Below, piece after piece: positions 28,001 to 39,520 of a DNA stretch of 64,000 nucleotides. Every line of letters begins with the position of its first letter. Position 1 is the stretch's first letter. Source of the DNA: Acidobacteriota bacterium (GTDB taxonomy: Bacteria > Acidobacteriota > UBA890 > WLXD01); contig CAXWPL010000001.1 of assembly GCA_963666215.2 (NCBI GenBank), positions 544,001-608,000 on the forward strand, written 5' to 3'. Under the pieces are notes generated by a model that worked only from the letters and a program-made list of their open reading frames with translations, ran no database searches and had not been told where the DNA came from. Made by a program: the position numbers and the translations under genes.

Positions 28001-30778
28001 CTATTCGGCTCGAAGCGTCTCCACCGGGTCCAGACGGGCGACTTTGCGGGCGGGCAGGAAAGCAGCCAGCCCGGCCACGCTCAGCATGAGCAACGCTGCA
28101 CCGAGGAGTAGCCGAGGCTCCGTTGGCCTGACCTCGTACAGCAGGCTGGAGAGCGTGCCACTGAGTGCAAGCGCGCCCAGAAGGCCGAATGCCGCCCCGG
28201 CCACGACGCTCGACATGCCCTGTCACAACATCAGTCGAACAACCTCAGCGGAATCCGCGCCGACCGCGATGCGGATGCCCACCTCGCGGGATCGACCGCT
28301 CACCGATGTGGCGACCACACCCCACGTCCCGGTTGTGGCCAGGAGCAGCGCCAGCCCGGCGAACAGCGATAGAAGCCCGGCCACGACGCGGCTGTCACCC
28401 ACCTGCGCGGCGCCCAGATCCTCGACGGTCGTGATCCCGTAGATCGGCAGGTCCGGATCCATCGCCGCCACTTCGGCGCGGATTGAAGCGAGCAACTCGA
28501 ACGGCTCTCCTACGGTCCGCACAAGCGGAGTGGCGTCGCGCCCCGGCTCCTGCCGGTGCAGGAAGTAGGACTCGGGCCGGATGCCCTCGGCGGGAGAGTC
28601 GTAGAGAACGTCGCCGACCACACCGATGATCTCGGCCGTCTTGCCTTCGCTGGTGAGGCTGACGCCGGTGGCGAACGGCATGCCGAGCGGGTCGGTGTCG
28701 CCGAACCATTCGCGTGCCGCCGTGGCGTTGATGACGACCATGGCCCGATCGTCGGCGCCCTCGAGCGCGTTGAAGCCGCGCCCCGATTGAATCGCTATGC
28801 CCAGCACCGAGAAGTACTGCTCGTCGATGAGATTGATGCCGACGATTGAGCGATTGTCCTCGCCGAAGACGGTGGCTCCGGCCTGGCGAACGCCCGCCAT
28901 CCAGTTGTGCCCGTCGAGCGGCGCATAACCTTGCGTTGCGCCGACGACACCCGGCAGGGCGCGGATCCGCGCCAGCAACTCGTCGTGAAAACGAGGCGCC
29001 TCCGCGGCCGGATGGCTGCGCGGCAGCTGGTAGGTGAAGGTCAGGAGGTTGTCGGAGTCGAAGCCTTTCTCGACGTCGAGAAGGCGTCCCAGGCTGGAGG
29101 CCATCAATGCGGCTCCGATCAGCAACATCAGCGCGATCGCAACCTCGACGGCCACCATTGTTCGCCGCCCGCCGAGCCGCTCGCGTGGCGTCGAGCTGCC
29201 GCCGTCACGCATGGCCGCCGCCAGATCCGTGCGCGCCAGCCGCAGCGCCGGCCCGAGCGAGAACAGCAGGCTCGTCGTCAGCGCCAAGCCGAAGGCGAAC
29301 AGCACCGCGACCGCGTCGAGCTGGAAGCTCGAGGCTTCCACGAAGCGCAGATTCCAACTGCCGTCCATGAACGCGTCGGGCCAGGCCGTCGCCATCAAAT
29401 CGACGCCGCGCGTGGCAATCAGCAATCCCAGCAGCGCACCGGCGGTGGATAGCAAGAGCACCTCGAACACCAGCACCCGAGTCACGCGGCCGCGAGAGCC
29501 GCCGAGTGCCATCCTCACCGCGATCTCGCGGCGTCGATCGGCACCGCGAGCCAGCATCAAGACACCCAGATTCGCGCACGCGATCAGAAGCACCAGGAGC
29601 GCCGCGCCACCGAGCACCAGCACCGCGCGCTGCGCACGAGGGTTGCGTCGCGCCTCCTCGAGAACGCGCAGGCCGGCGAGATGGCGCGCGTCGTGATCAC
29701 TCCACGGGTAAACAGCTTCGACCTGTGCGGCGACAGCGTCCATCTGCGACCGCAGCACGTCGGTCGTGGCGCCCGCGCGCAGCCTTCCGACGACCTGAAG
29801 CCAATGACCCTCGATGTTGTCGAGCAGCGTGGGCGACACCAGCAGCGGTACCGCCGACATCGGGATCCACAGATCGGCTTGCCCGCTCAGGCCTCGGAAC
29901 CAGGCCGGCGCCACTCCGACGACGGTTACCGACTGGCCGCTGAGCGTCACCATCGCACCCGGAATCGTCGACTCGTCGTCGAAGCGCTCACTCCAAACCC
30001 GGTGTGAAAGAACCACCTCGCGCGCGGCGCTGGCCGCGTCGGCCACCGGCCAGCGTCCCTTCGCAGGCTCGATGCCGAGAGTGACGAAATAGTCGGTGGT
30101 GACAACTTCGGAGGTCAGTCGCACGGCGTCGCCACGACCGGTGAGCGACAGCGTGCGGCGCGCGTATGCCGCGATGGGTGCGGCTCCGAGCTCGGCGGTG
30201 GACTCGAGGATCTTGTACTTCGGGTACGACCACGGGAACGGCTCGCCGGCCTCAGCGGGGTTCTCCGACTCGTTGAGCAGGTCGAGAATGACCAACTCCG
30301 TGGGATTCGGGTACGGCGAAGGGTTCAAGATGGCCGCCTTCAGCGCCGTGAACAGAGCGGTGTTGACTCCCACGCCCAACGCCAGAACCAGGAGAATGGT
30401 CAACGCGAACGTCGGCGACGCCACCAGCGCGCGTAGCGCGTGGTTGAGGTCGACGCCGAGCTCTCGCCATATCCGATCGGACGTGTTCGAAGCCCACCTG
30501 CCCAACGGCGACTTCGGCGGCGAGCTGCCAACGCCGCCGCGACCGCGGCGCTCGCGAGCTCCGGCGCGCAGCGCGTCGAGAGTGGCCCGCAGCGCGAACT
30601 GTCGCGCCGAGCCGCTCCCGAGCCGTCGACGCGTGGCGTACGCCAGTTGGAACGTCTCCACCATCTCACTGCCATACCTCCGACGCGCCGTCTTCGGGAA
30701 CGCGTGCATCGCGACGCGAAACACCGCCACGGGCAACCAAGCCCGCATCGAGTCTCGAGGTGAGCCGTTAGCGGGCAT
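28001..30778 (-). pseudogene. Full-length ADOP-family ABC permease with one in-frame TGA at 28223-28225
   Basis: Duplicated MacB_PCD/FtsX architecture (LALGVGVNTALF, IACANL, RRREIAVRMALG, REVGIRIAVGA). Frame continues after the stop as QGMSSVV...FLPARKVARLDPVETLRAE*. Confidence 0.88.
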
Positions 30779-31148
30779 CGGGTACGACCTCCGGGGCCAG
30801 ATCGACGCTGCGAGCCACGGCGAGCAGGCGCGCCAAACGCTCCGATTCGGCGAACGCCACCTCGCGACCGAAGGCGGTGACGCCGTAGTAGCGGCGGCGA
30901 CGATCGGTGGAATCTGGCGGCGCCTCAGCCAGCTCTTCGAGGAGCCCCGCCTCCTTCATACGCCCGATGGTGGCGTAGAGCGTCCCCGGCAGGATCGCGT
31001 CGCGCCCGCCAGTGCGATCCTCGAACCACTGCATGATGGCGTAGCCGTGCTTGGGCGAGTCGCCCAGCGCCAGCAGAACGTGAAAGACCGGGGCGGTCAG
31101 GGGCAGCAACGTCTGCGGATCGGTTCGGCTCACGTGCGACTCCGGCAT
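30768..31148 (-). CDS. PadR-family transcriptional regulator
   Basis: FHVLLAL..PKHGYAIM, PGTLYATIGRM..GLLEE and RRRYYGVT.FGR motifs. Overlaps the permease start. Confidence 0.92.
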   Translation of the reverse strand: MPESHVSRTDPQTLLPLTAPVFHVLLALGDSPKHGYAIMQWFEDRTGGRDAILPGTLYATIGRMKEAGLLEELAEAPPDSTDRRRRYYGVTAFGREVAFAESERLARLLAVARSVDLAPEVVPDAR

Positions 31149-31170
31149 CTTGCGTGTTTGAATCGTTCCG

Positions 31171-31199
31171 AAACCTATAATTTTATAAATTATAGTTTT
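31171..31199. promoter_or_regulatory. AT-rich palindrome upstream of padR, probable PadR operator
   Basis: Perfect CTATAATTT-tat-AAATTATAG (31175-31195), about 27 nt upstream of the ATG. Confidence 0.75.
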
Positions 31200-31249
31200 G
31201 CGCAAGCCTCTGAGACAGAGATCGTGATGAGGGCAACTGACGGACGGAT

Positions 31250-32440
31250 CTAGAACGGTACGTCCAGCCGATAACGAACGACCCGACTTTCTTCGGTGTC
31301 GGGATCCGGCTCCACGCTGTAGACGTGATCGCCGAGGACGAAGTCCCAGGACACGTTGCGGATCATGCCCGCGAACAGACGCGCGCCGCCGCGGTCATAC
31401 ACGTCGACCGCAAGATTCCCCGACTCGGCTTGCGCCCGAGTCAGCGGCTCCAGGAACACGTAGAGGCGATCGTGGCCATCAACGGCGAGCCGCGCGATGG
31501 CCGGGCGCTGCTCGGGAAACCAGATGCGGGAGCGCAGGCCTCCGTCAGCGGAAAAGCCGTCATCACGGAGAGCACTGAGCGCCACGTCGATGTCGTCCTC
31601 GGTGATGGGTGAGCGCTGCCAGGGCACCTGGAGTCGCCAGCGAAGCTCGCCCTCGATGGTGTAGGCATGTACGTCGTACGCGTCCGTCGCGGCACCGTAG
31701 ATATCGCCCGACCGCGTCGCGGCGACCGACGCCTCGACATTCGGCACCGGAATCGAACGGCCGCCGCCGCCCGACATCCAAAGCAGCGGCCGGCGCTGCG
31801 GTTCGAACACGTGCAACTCCGCCAGCTCCTCGCCGCCCCCGGCAACGCGCACCAGGCGCACTTGGCTCTCGAGGTAGCCGCCTTCCATTGCCTCGGGCGA
31901 GCGAGGAATACGAACGGGATCCAGACCGACAATCGACCCGTCGGCGAGGCCGATCGACACGCGCAGCGGCGCGAAATAGGCCCTGGTGTTATCGCCTTGC
32001 GGCTGACCGTCGAGGCCGAACCTGCGGAGGCCCGTCATCTGTTGAACGTGAAGGGTCTCGCCGACGAGCGCGAAATCCCAGACCGCGCTGAGCTCGCCCG
32101 GCCCCTCGCCGGCTCGGCCAAATGAGCCAACAAACTCGCCGTCGGCGGCGAAAGTCTGGATCCGATTGTTGACGGCGTCGAGCACGAAGATGCGACCGTC
32201 GGTCACCGCAACGACGTCAATGCTCCAGCTCAGCAGGTAGTTGTCGTCGTCACCGCGCTCGCCAATGACCAGCTCCTCGACGAGCTCGATCCGATCGGTG
32301 CGCGCTTCTTGCGGCACCGCGGGCAGCTCGAACGTACTGCCCGGCACGACGGAGACCCCATCGGCAACCGGGGGCGCCGGTTCGGAACAGGCCGTCGCCA
32401 GCAGGAAGAGCGATAGTACGAGCGGTGTGGGCGAGCGCAT
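31250..32440 (-). CDS. 6-bladed beta-propeller (NHL-like) lipoprotein
   Basis: Lipobox LATAC and DGRIFVLD...RIQTF..DGEFVGSFGRAGEGPGE motif. Confidence 0.8.
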   Translation of the reverse strand: MRSPTPLVLSLFLLATACSEPAPPVADGVSVVPGSTFELPAVPQEARTDRIELVEELVIGERGDDDNYLLSWSIDVVAVTDGRIFVLDAVNNRIQTFAADGEFVGSFGRAGEGPGELSAVWDFALVGETLHVQQMTGLRRFGLDGQPQGDNTRAYFAPLRVSIGLADGSIVGLDPVRIPRSPEAMEGGYLESQVRLVRVAGGGEELAELHVFEPQRRPLLWMSGGGGRSIPVPNVEASVAATRSGDIYGAATDAYDVHAYTIEGELRWRLQVPWQRSPITEDDIDVALSALRDDGFSADGGLRSRIWFPEQRPAIARLAVDGHDRLYVFLEPLTRAQAESGNLAVDVYDRGGARLFAGMIRNVSWDFVLGDHVYSVEPDPDTEESRVVRYRLDVPF

Positions 32441-32537
32441 CGCCGCACGCTACCTCATGAGCCACGGCGTCGCACGATGCGAGCTCTTGGGCTAGATTCC
32501 GCCGTATGTTGCATGAGCACGGCGTCGGAGCCTAGCG

Positions 32538-34163
32538 ATGTTGCTCGCAGATCTTGTTGCCGCTTCCGCGGCGGTTGCGGGCACGCGCCGTCGACTGCAG
32601 AAGGTCGGCCACCTGCGCGAGCTGCTCGAACGCCTTGCGCCCGACGAGACAGCGACCGCGGTTGCCTACCTGGCGGGGAGGTTGCCGCAGGGGCGTATCG
32701 GGATCGGGCCGGCGGCGATTCGCCGCGCCTTTCCGGAGTCTGAGTCGGCTGATGCCACGCTGGACCTTGCCGACGTGGACGCGAGACTGACGACGATCGC
32801 CGAGACCCGTGGCGCGGGCTCAGTGGCCAGGAAGTCGGAATTGCTGACCGACCTGTTCGAGGCGGCCACAGCCGAGGAGCAGCGCTTTCTGGCGGCATTG
32901 CTGTTCGGCGAGCTACGACAGGGAGCGCTCGAGGCGGTGATGGTGGAGGCGGTGGCCAGGACCATTGGGGCACCGCCAGGCGACGTCCGTCGAGCGGTGA
33001 TGGTGAGCGGTAACGTGGCCGCGGTGGCCGCGGCCGCGCTGCTGCGGGGTCCAGAGGCGCTGGACGACTTTCGTATCGAGCTTTTCCGCCCCCTCCAACC
33101 CATGCTCGCGGGCACCGCCGACAGCGCCACTGAGGCGCTCGACAAGCTGACGGCGGCCGGCAGGAGTGCGCCAACAGGCGCCGATGCGAGCTCTTCCAAG
33201 GAAGTGGCGGTGGAAGTGAAGCTCGATGGCGCACGCGTGCAGATACACAGCGACGGCGACACCACCCGAGTGTTCACCCGCAATCTTCGCGAGGTCACCG
33301 GCGCGGTGCCCGAGGTTGCGGAGGCCGCGTCCCGATTCGAGCTCGGCGAGCCGCGGCAGATCATTCTCGACGGCGAGATCCTGGCGCTGCACGCCGACGG
33401 GCGTCCGCACCCCTTTCAGGTCACCATGCGGCGGTTCGGACGCAAGCTCGACGTCGACTCTGCCCGCGAGACGCTGCCCCTCAGCGTGCGGATCTTCGAC
33501 TGCCTGCACGCCGAGGGCGCCGACCTCATCGAACAACCTCTGCGCGAGCGGTTCGCGACGATGGAGCGCATCGTGCCGGCGGACCTCCTGATCGATCGGC
33601 TCGTCACCAGCACGACAAAGGACGCCGAAGCCTTCACCGCGGCCACTCTCGAGGCCGGGCATGAGGGCGTCATGGTCAAGTCTCTCGACGCCCCGTACGA
33701 CGCCGGCCGGCGAGGCAGCCAGTGGCTCAAGGTCAAGCAGGCACACACGCTCGACCTGGTGGTTCTGGCGGTCGAGTGGGGCAGCGGCAGGCGGCAAGGC
33801 AAGTTGAGCAACATCCACGTCGGGGCTCTAGCTGAAGCTGCCGACTCGTCGAGCTCCGCGACGACACTCGGCGCAGCCGATTTCGTCATGCTCGGCAAGA
33901 CCTTCAAGGGCATGACCGACGTCATGCTCGAGTGGCAAACCGAGCGCTTCCTCGAGCTCCAAACCCATCGCGACGGACACGTGGTGTACGTGCGCCCTGA
34001 ACAGGTGGTCGAGATCGCCTTCAACGATGTTCAGGAGAGCCCGCAGTACCCGGGCGGGCTGTCGCTTCGCTTCGCCAGGGTCGTGCGCTACCGTGACGAC
34101 AAGCGCGCGGACGAAGCAGACGCCATCAACACGGTACGCCAGCTCCTAGAGAGGAACCCATGA
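32538..34163 (+). CDS. ATP-dependent DNA ligase (LigB-like, with DNA-binding domain)
   Basis: EVKLDGAR (adenylation Lys), LDGE, EGVMVK, WLKVK and LRFAR..RYRDDK motifs. Confidence 0.95.
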   Translation: MLLADLVAASAAVAGTRRRLQKVGHLRELLERLAPDETATAVAYLAGRLPQGRIGIGPAAIRRAFPESESADATLDLADVDARLTTIAETRGAGSVARKSELLTDLFEAATAEEQRFLAALLFGELRQGALEAVMVEAVARTIGAPPGDVRRAVMVSGNVAAVAAAALLRGPEALDDFRIELFRPLQPMLAGTADSATEALDKLTAAGRSAPTGADASSSKEVAVEVKLDGARVQIHSDGDTTRVFTRNLREVTGAVPEVAEAASRFELGEPRQIILDGEILALHADGRPHPFQVTMRRFGRKLDVDSARETLPLSVRIFDCLHAEGADLIEQPLRERFATMERIVPADLLIDRLVTSTTKDAEAFTAATLEAGHEGVMVKSLDAPYDAGRRGSQWLKVKQAHTLDLVVLAVEWGSGRRQGKLSNIHVGALAEAADSSSSATTLGAADFVMLGKTFKGMTDVMLEWQTERFLELQTHRDGHVVYVRPEQVVEIAFNDVQESPQYPGGLSLRFARVVRYRDDKRADEADAINTVRQLLERNP

Positions 34164-36412
34164 GGCACGCCCAAATTGCTCTATTGATTGTCGTCGCTGC
34201 GGGCGCCGGAACTCTGACCTCGAACGCCGCATCGCCGGGCACCGCCAGCGCCCGGGGAGGCGGCACCGGGGCGACTGGAGCGGCGACGCAGGAACGTACG
34301 CTGAGTGTCGAGCCGGCGGAGCTGATGCTGGCTGTCGGACAGTCGTCGCGGCTCCGAGCGAGTATCCGGAGTGGCGCCGGATCGGCTGTCGACGCGTCCA
34401 CCGTGGTCTTCTTCTCGCGCGCGCCGCTGGCGGTCAGCGTGGCGCCGGACGGCACGGTGGTCGCGCACCGCGCCGGCGAGCACGAGATCGTGGTGATGTT
34501 GCCGCAGGCGCCGGATGCCGACGCCGATACCTTGGCCATCGACGACCCCGGCACCCGCACGGTCGTGCGTGTGACCGTTACACCGTCACCGCTCGCCGAG
34601 CTCGAGATCATCGGTGTGCCCGAAACCATGTTCGTTGGCGGCGCGGTGCAGTTCGCCGTGCAGGCCACCGACATCAACGGCTCGCGTCGAGACATCCGCC
34701 CCGAGCTCACCACCGCGGAACCACGGGTCGCTACCATCGCGGCGTTCGGGCCGATCTTCGAGGGCTCACGAGCCGTACATCCGTTCTACTGGCGTGACCG
34801 TCCGGACGTGCTGCCGGGAGAGGCTGCCGGCCTGCTGGAAGCGCTTGCCGTGGGCGACACCATGTTGACAGTCACCGCGGGTAGCTTGGAGGCCTCGGTC
34901 GCGGTTCGCGTGGTTGCCAACCCGACCATGCGTCTCGAGCTCGAAGCCTCGACCTCGTCAATCGCGCCGGACAGCTCCGCGACGCGGCCCGACGCGGCCA
35001 GCACCGGCATGTCCCGTGGATCTGTCACGCAAGCACGAACCGGCGATGTTGTTGCGTTCGCCGCACGAGCCTTCGACGGCGACGGGAACCGGGTGGAAGG
35101 CGCGCCGATCGGCTTCGCCTTGCAGTCGCGACCCGACCCGGGGCAGCCACAATCGCTGGGCGCAGGCGCCGCCGCGCAGCTCCTTGCCGATGGGCGCTTC
35201 GTCGCCGAGCAGCCGGGTATCTACACCGTGATCGCCATGTCGGGGGCCGCGAGCACAGCTCACAAGGTGACGGTGCAGCTACGCAATGTCACCCGTGCCG
35301 TCGAGTTCGTCGGCCACGGCCCTGTGCGCGATCGCGTGACTTCCGACCTGTGGGTGTGGGAAGCGACCGACGGCCGCGACTACGCGATTACGGGAACCTG
35401 GGGTGCCGAGGGGCACGCCTACTTCTGGGACGTCACCGACCCGGCGAACATGGAGCGCGTCGCGGAGGTGCAGGTGGACGCGCGCACCGTCAACGACGTC
35501 AAGGTATCGGAAGACGGCCGCATCGCCGTGATTAGCCGCGAGGGAGCGTCTAACCGGCGCAACGGCTTCGTGGTGCTCGACATCTCGAACCCGCGCGAGC
35601 CGCGCGTGCTGTCGCGCTTCGACGACCAGATGACCGGCGGTGTGCACAACGTGTTCATTCACGACGACCACGTCTACGCCATCAACAACGGGAGACGCTG
35701 GGACGTGGTGAACATCGAGGATCCAACGCAGCCGACCCGCGTCGGGCGCTTCGAGACTTCCGTCCCTGGACGGTCGGTGCACGACGTTTGGGTACGCGAC
35801 GGCATCGCCTACCAGTCGGGCAACACCGAGGGACTGATCATGGTCGATGTCGGCGGCGGCGGCATGGGTGGCTCGCCCAACAACCCCGTCGAGATGGGCC
35901 GGCTGCCACAGATCGCCGGCTGGAACCACGCCGTGTGGCCTTTCGAGTCGAAGTCGGCGGGCAAGTTCTACGTGGTCGGTGGCGACGAGGCGCATCCAGT
36001 CAACCCACGCGACCCCACCAACATCATCAACGTCGACTCACGCCTGCCGACCCGGGCCATGGGGTGGCTTCACTTTGTCGACATGACGGACGTCACCAAC
36101 CCACGCGAGGTTGCGCGCTACCGCGTGCCCGAGTCCGGCCCCCACAACCTGTGGATCGACTGGGAGGAGGAGGTGATGTACGTCGCCTACTTCAACGGCG
36201 GGCTGCGGGTGGTCGATGTCTCCGGAGATCTGGTGGGCGACCTCTATCGTCAGGGACGCGAGATCGCCAAGTTCTATCCCGACGACGCCGAGGGCTACGT
36301 GCCGAACTCGCCCTTCGTCTGGGGCCCGCAGCCGCACAAGGGCACGATCTTCTTCACCGACTTTCACTCCGGGCTCTGGGCCATTCGGCTGCGGCCGCCA
36401 GCGCGGCCCTGA
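34160..36412 (+). CDS. Secreted protein with Ig-like domains and a C-terminal LVIVD beta-propeller
   Basis: Signal peptide, Big_2-like segments, and blades WDVTDPAN, VVLDISNPREP, VNIEDPTQP, VDMTDVTNP, GGLRVVDVS. Confidence 0.82.
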   Translation: MRHAQIALLIVVAAGAGTLTSNAASPGTASARGGGTGATGAATQERTLSVEPAELMLAVGQSSRLRASIRSGAGSAVDASTVVFFSRAPLAVSVAPDGTVVAHRAGEHEIVVMLPQAPDADADTLAIDDPGTRTVVRVTVTPSPLAELEIIGVPETMFVGGAVQFAVQATDINGSRRDIRPELTTAEPRVATIAAFGPIFEGSRAVHPFYWRDRPDVLPGEAAGLLEALAVGDTMLTVTAGSLEASVAVRVVANPTMRLELEASTSSIAPDSSATRPDAASTGMSRGSVTQARTGDVVAFAARAFDGDGNRVEGAPIGFALQSRPDPGQPQSLGAGAAAQLLADGRFVAEQPGIYTVIAMSGAASTAHKVTVQLRNVTRAVEFVGHGPVRDRVTSDLWVWEATDGRDYAITGTWGAEGHAYFWDVTDPANMERVAEVQVDARTVNDVKVSEDGRIAVISREGASNRRNGFVVLDISNPREPRVLSRFDDQMTGGVHNVFIHDDHVYAINNGRRWDVVNIEDPTQPTRVGRFETSVPGRSVHDVWVRDGIAYQSGNTEGLIMVDVGGGGMGGSPNNPVEMGRLPQIAGWNHAVWPFESKSAGKFYVVGGDEAHPVNPRDPTNIINVDSRLPTRAMGWLHFVDMTDVTNPREVARYRVPESGPHNLWIDWEEEVMYVAYFNGGLRVVDVSGDLVGDLYRQGREIAKFYPDDAEGYVPNSPFVWGPQPHKGTIFFTDFHSGLWAIRLRPPARP

Positions 36413-36436
36413 CCGGCCGCGTGGACGTGTGACCCG

Positions 36437-38518
36437 CTAGAAGATCGTGGTCGCCTTGAGGAACAGTGTGTTGCCCTGGTCCGACCGCTGACCGAGCTCC
36501 GCTGTTCCGCGCTGGAAAGCCAACTGCAGCGTGCCGAAGGGCGGCTGGTAGCGGTAAACGAACGTCACCTGGACGTTGCGTCGATCGATGGCGGAATTCG
36601 TCTACAGGAAGGTGTTGATGAACAGGTCCGGCGTGAAGAACTGGTCGGCGCGTAGGACATGGATCCAGGTCGACTCGCCGTCAGGATCCGGATCGAGCGA
36701 CAGCCGCTGCAGCTGGTACTCGGCTGACAGCTGGTCGGTGAGCTTGTAGCCGGCGGCGGCAGTCCAAAGCTCGAAGTCGGCGCCGAAGTTGCGCCCGAAT
36801 TGATAGCGGGCCCGCACCTGGTCGAAGGCCCGGGTGTTGTAGCCGATTTCGAACGACGTTTGTCGGTTACGGAAGCGATCCTCGAAAACCTGTAGGTCCT
36901 CGATGTGCCCGACCTCCACCGAAAAACGGTTTCGAAAGTCGACCTCAACCGATTGTTTGACTTCCCAAGCGCGTAACTCAGTCGAGTCGGCGGCCCAGAA
37001 CACGTTGTAGTTCGAGGAGTACTCGACGCGCTCGATCGGCCCGCTGGAGAGCCAAAAGGTCTTCTCGAACTCGCTGTCGAGCTCACGTCGGTTGTCATCA
37101 CGAACAAAGCCCACGGCGTTGACGTTGTCGCCGAAGTGCTCGCCGAAGCATGAAAAGCGCACGTGCGCGTGCATCGTCGGCGTGTCGTACGCCGGACGCA
37201 GAAAGTACGCCAGGGTGCCACTGTCGAACTCTCCGAAGCTCTGTGCGATCTGCGCCGTCATCCCCCAGTGGTCGCTGAAGAACAGCGTTGTGTCGAGGCC
37301 AACCGAGCTCCGGCTGTCACCGGAAACGTCGCGTGCGGCGCCGATGAGGCCCACGTTCGAGCGGCCGAGATCGCGCTGCGCGCGCACCACGCCGAAGTTG
37401 GAATCAACCGATCCGTCGCTGGACTGGGCTCTCGCGTACAGGGTGTGGTACGTCCATGCGCCCTGCTTGCCAACGATCTTCGCTCCAGCGTCGATGTCGG
37501 CGATCCTGCGTGAGTAGAAGGTCTGGATGCGCTGGCGGAATTGCTCATTGCCCACGAGGAAGAACTGCCGCTTCTCGGGAACACTGAGCTCGAAGCGCGT
37601 CAGATTGACGCGCTCCCGATCGGCTTCGATGAGCGCGAAGTCGGGGTTCACCGTAGCGAAGGCAGACGTCGACGAGCTGATCTCGTAGCGCCCATCCACA
37701 CCCACTCGCCAGCTTGGCTGGCGACCATCGGCGACGGTCGATTGACCGTAGGGCACGATCTGAAACTGGCTCTCGGGAGCTGCCACGTTGAGCTGCTCGA
37801 GCGTCCCCGCCTGCGAGAGTCGAAAGCGCGTCTCCAGCGGCCCGGCCCAGGAGCTGATCTCCAGGCTGCGGCGGCGCCCGCGCATCAGGTTGATGCCCCA
37901 GCTAACACCCTCGCCCGAGGCGTACTTGATCGAAGCGAAAGGAATCGCGAGCTCCGCTGACCAACTCGTAGAGGAGCGCTGCGCCGCAACCTGCCAGGCG
38001 CCGTCCCACGTTGGGTCGGTGGTGCGACCGTCGTTGACAATACGGCCGTCGGTTTGCGTCCCCAGCAGATTGGTCATGAAGTAGTAGCCGCTCTGCCGAT
38101 CGAGGAACGAGTCGAGCACAACAACGACGACGTCGTCTTCGAAGAGATCCGCGTCGCGCCGTGTGAGCTCTGCGATCGGCTCGTCGGGCTCCGCCACTCG
38201 AAACGCCACATAGAGGGCCACTTCGTCGTACTGAACCCACGCCGTCGTCGGTTGGGACGGCTGTGCGCCGCGCTGCGGTTCGAACTGCACGAAGTCACGC
38301 GCCACGGCGGCGGCGGTCCACTCGCCGTCCGAGATGAGGCCGTCGATCGTCGGTGGGGTCGCGACCCGCACCGCGGGCAGGATGGTGCGATCACCGGGCA
38401 CCGGCTCACCATCGCGTTGCTGCAACTCGGCAGCGCCCTGCGCCAACGCCAAGCCCTGTTCGGGGATCCCGACCACGGAGGCGAGCAGAAACGCCATCGC
38501 GACGTCGACGGTCCTCAT
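36437..38518 (-). pseudogene. CBM9-like + DUF5916 outer-membrane protein with an in-frame TAG at 36602-36604
   Basis: PTIDG...EW, WSAELAIPFASI, TVNPDFA..EAD and LSVPEKRQFF motifs. Frame continues 54 codons after the stop to a beta-barrel-type end (LFLKATTIF*). Confidence 0.8.
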
Positions 38519-38546
38519 GGCCCGACCTCGTTGACGCCCGATCGGA

Positions 38547-39520
38547 TCACTTCTGTTGCCGCAGCTTGGCCAGCTCTTGCCGTGAAGGGAGGTAGCTCGG
38601 GTCGACCTCGAGGGCGCGCTCAAACGCGGCGATGGCGTCCTCGGTACGACGTTGTCGCAGGAGCACAACACCCAGACTGTGGTGCGCCGGCGCCTGCTCC
38701 GGAAAGAGCGACAACGAGCGACGGAAAGCCTGCTCCGCCCGAGCGAATTCGCCCAGGCTGCCTCGCACCATGCCGAGCCGGTTCCAGACTTCCGGATCGT
38801 CCGGTGTTCGTTGAGCAAGCCGGCCCATCAGCGCCTCGGCTTCGCGCGCTTCGCCGCGCTGCAGTCGGAGCAGCGCCAGGTTGCCCAGCAACCGCGGCTC
38901 GTCGGGCGCCAGGGCCTCGGCCGCGAGATAGACGTCGAGCGCCTCGTCGATTTCGCCCGTTTCTTGCAGATACGTCGCCAGCAGCAGGGGGAAGGTGACG
39001 GTCTGCGGGAACGATTCTCCGGCTTCGTACAGTAAAGCGACGGCCTCCGCGACTTGACCCGCGGCCTTGTAGGACTTGGCGAGCTCGACGTAGCTGAGCG
39101 TAAAATCCGGGCCGGCGTCGATTGCCGCTTCGAGAACATCGATCGCGCGAGCTGCGTTGCCGCGCGCCAGCTCCAGCCGGCCACGGTAGTAGAGTGCGAC
39201 GTAGTGGCCGGGAATCAGCCGGTCGGCGGAGTCGAGCGCAGCCTGGGCCGGACCCGAGAGCCCCACCGCCAGCGCCGCCCCGGCTTCGAGGATGCGCTCC
39301 TGGTACGACTCCATCGCCTCGATCCTGTCCATCGGGTTGACTCGAGAAGAGCCCTCAGGGTTGACGCCGTCGGTGGCGCCACGGTCGTTCCCCCTCGCCC
39401 GGCGAGAGCCGGAACCGGCGGCGCCACCGATATAACCCAACGCCCGCAGGCGCTCGAGATCGGCGGCATCGAAGGCGCGATTGTTGCCGCGATCGCGACC
39501 GATCTGCGCGGGATCATCGC
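38547..39520 (-). pseudogene. 3' half of a sulfatase-TPR protein; sulfatase domain is missing
   Basis: ERLRALGYIGG...NPMDRI linker followed by about 6 TPRs. No N-terminal domain. Confidence 0.75.

Noticed and set aside
27847-36604. Stop-codon reassignment (TGA=Trp or TAG=Gln)
   Set aside because: The two internal TGAs fall at positions expecting different residues (Trp and Arg), and TGA and TAG terminate most intact genes here.
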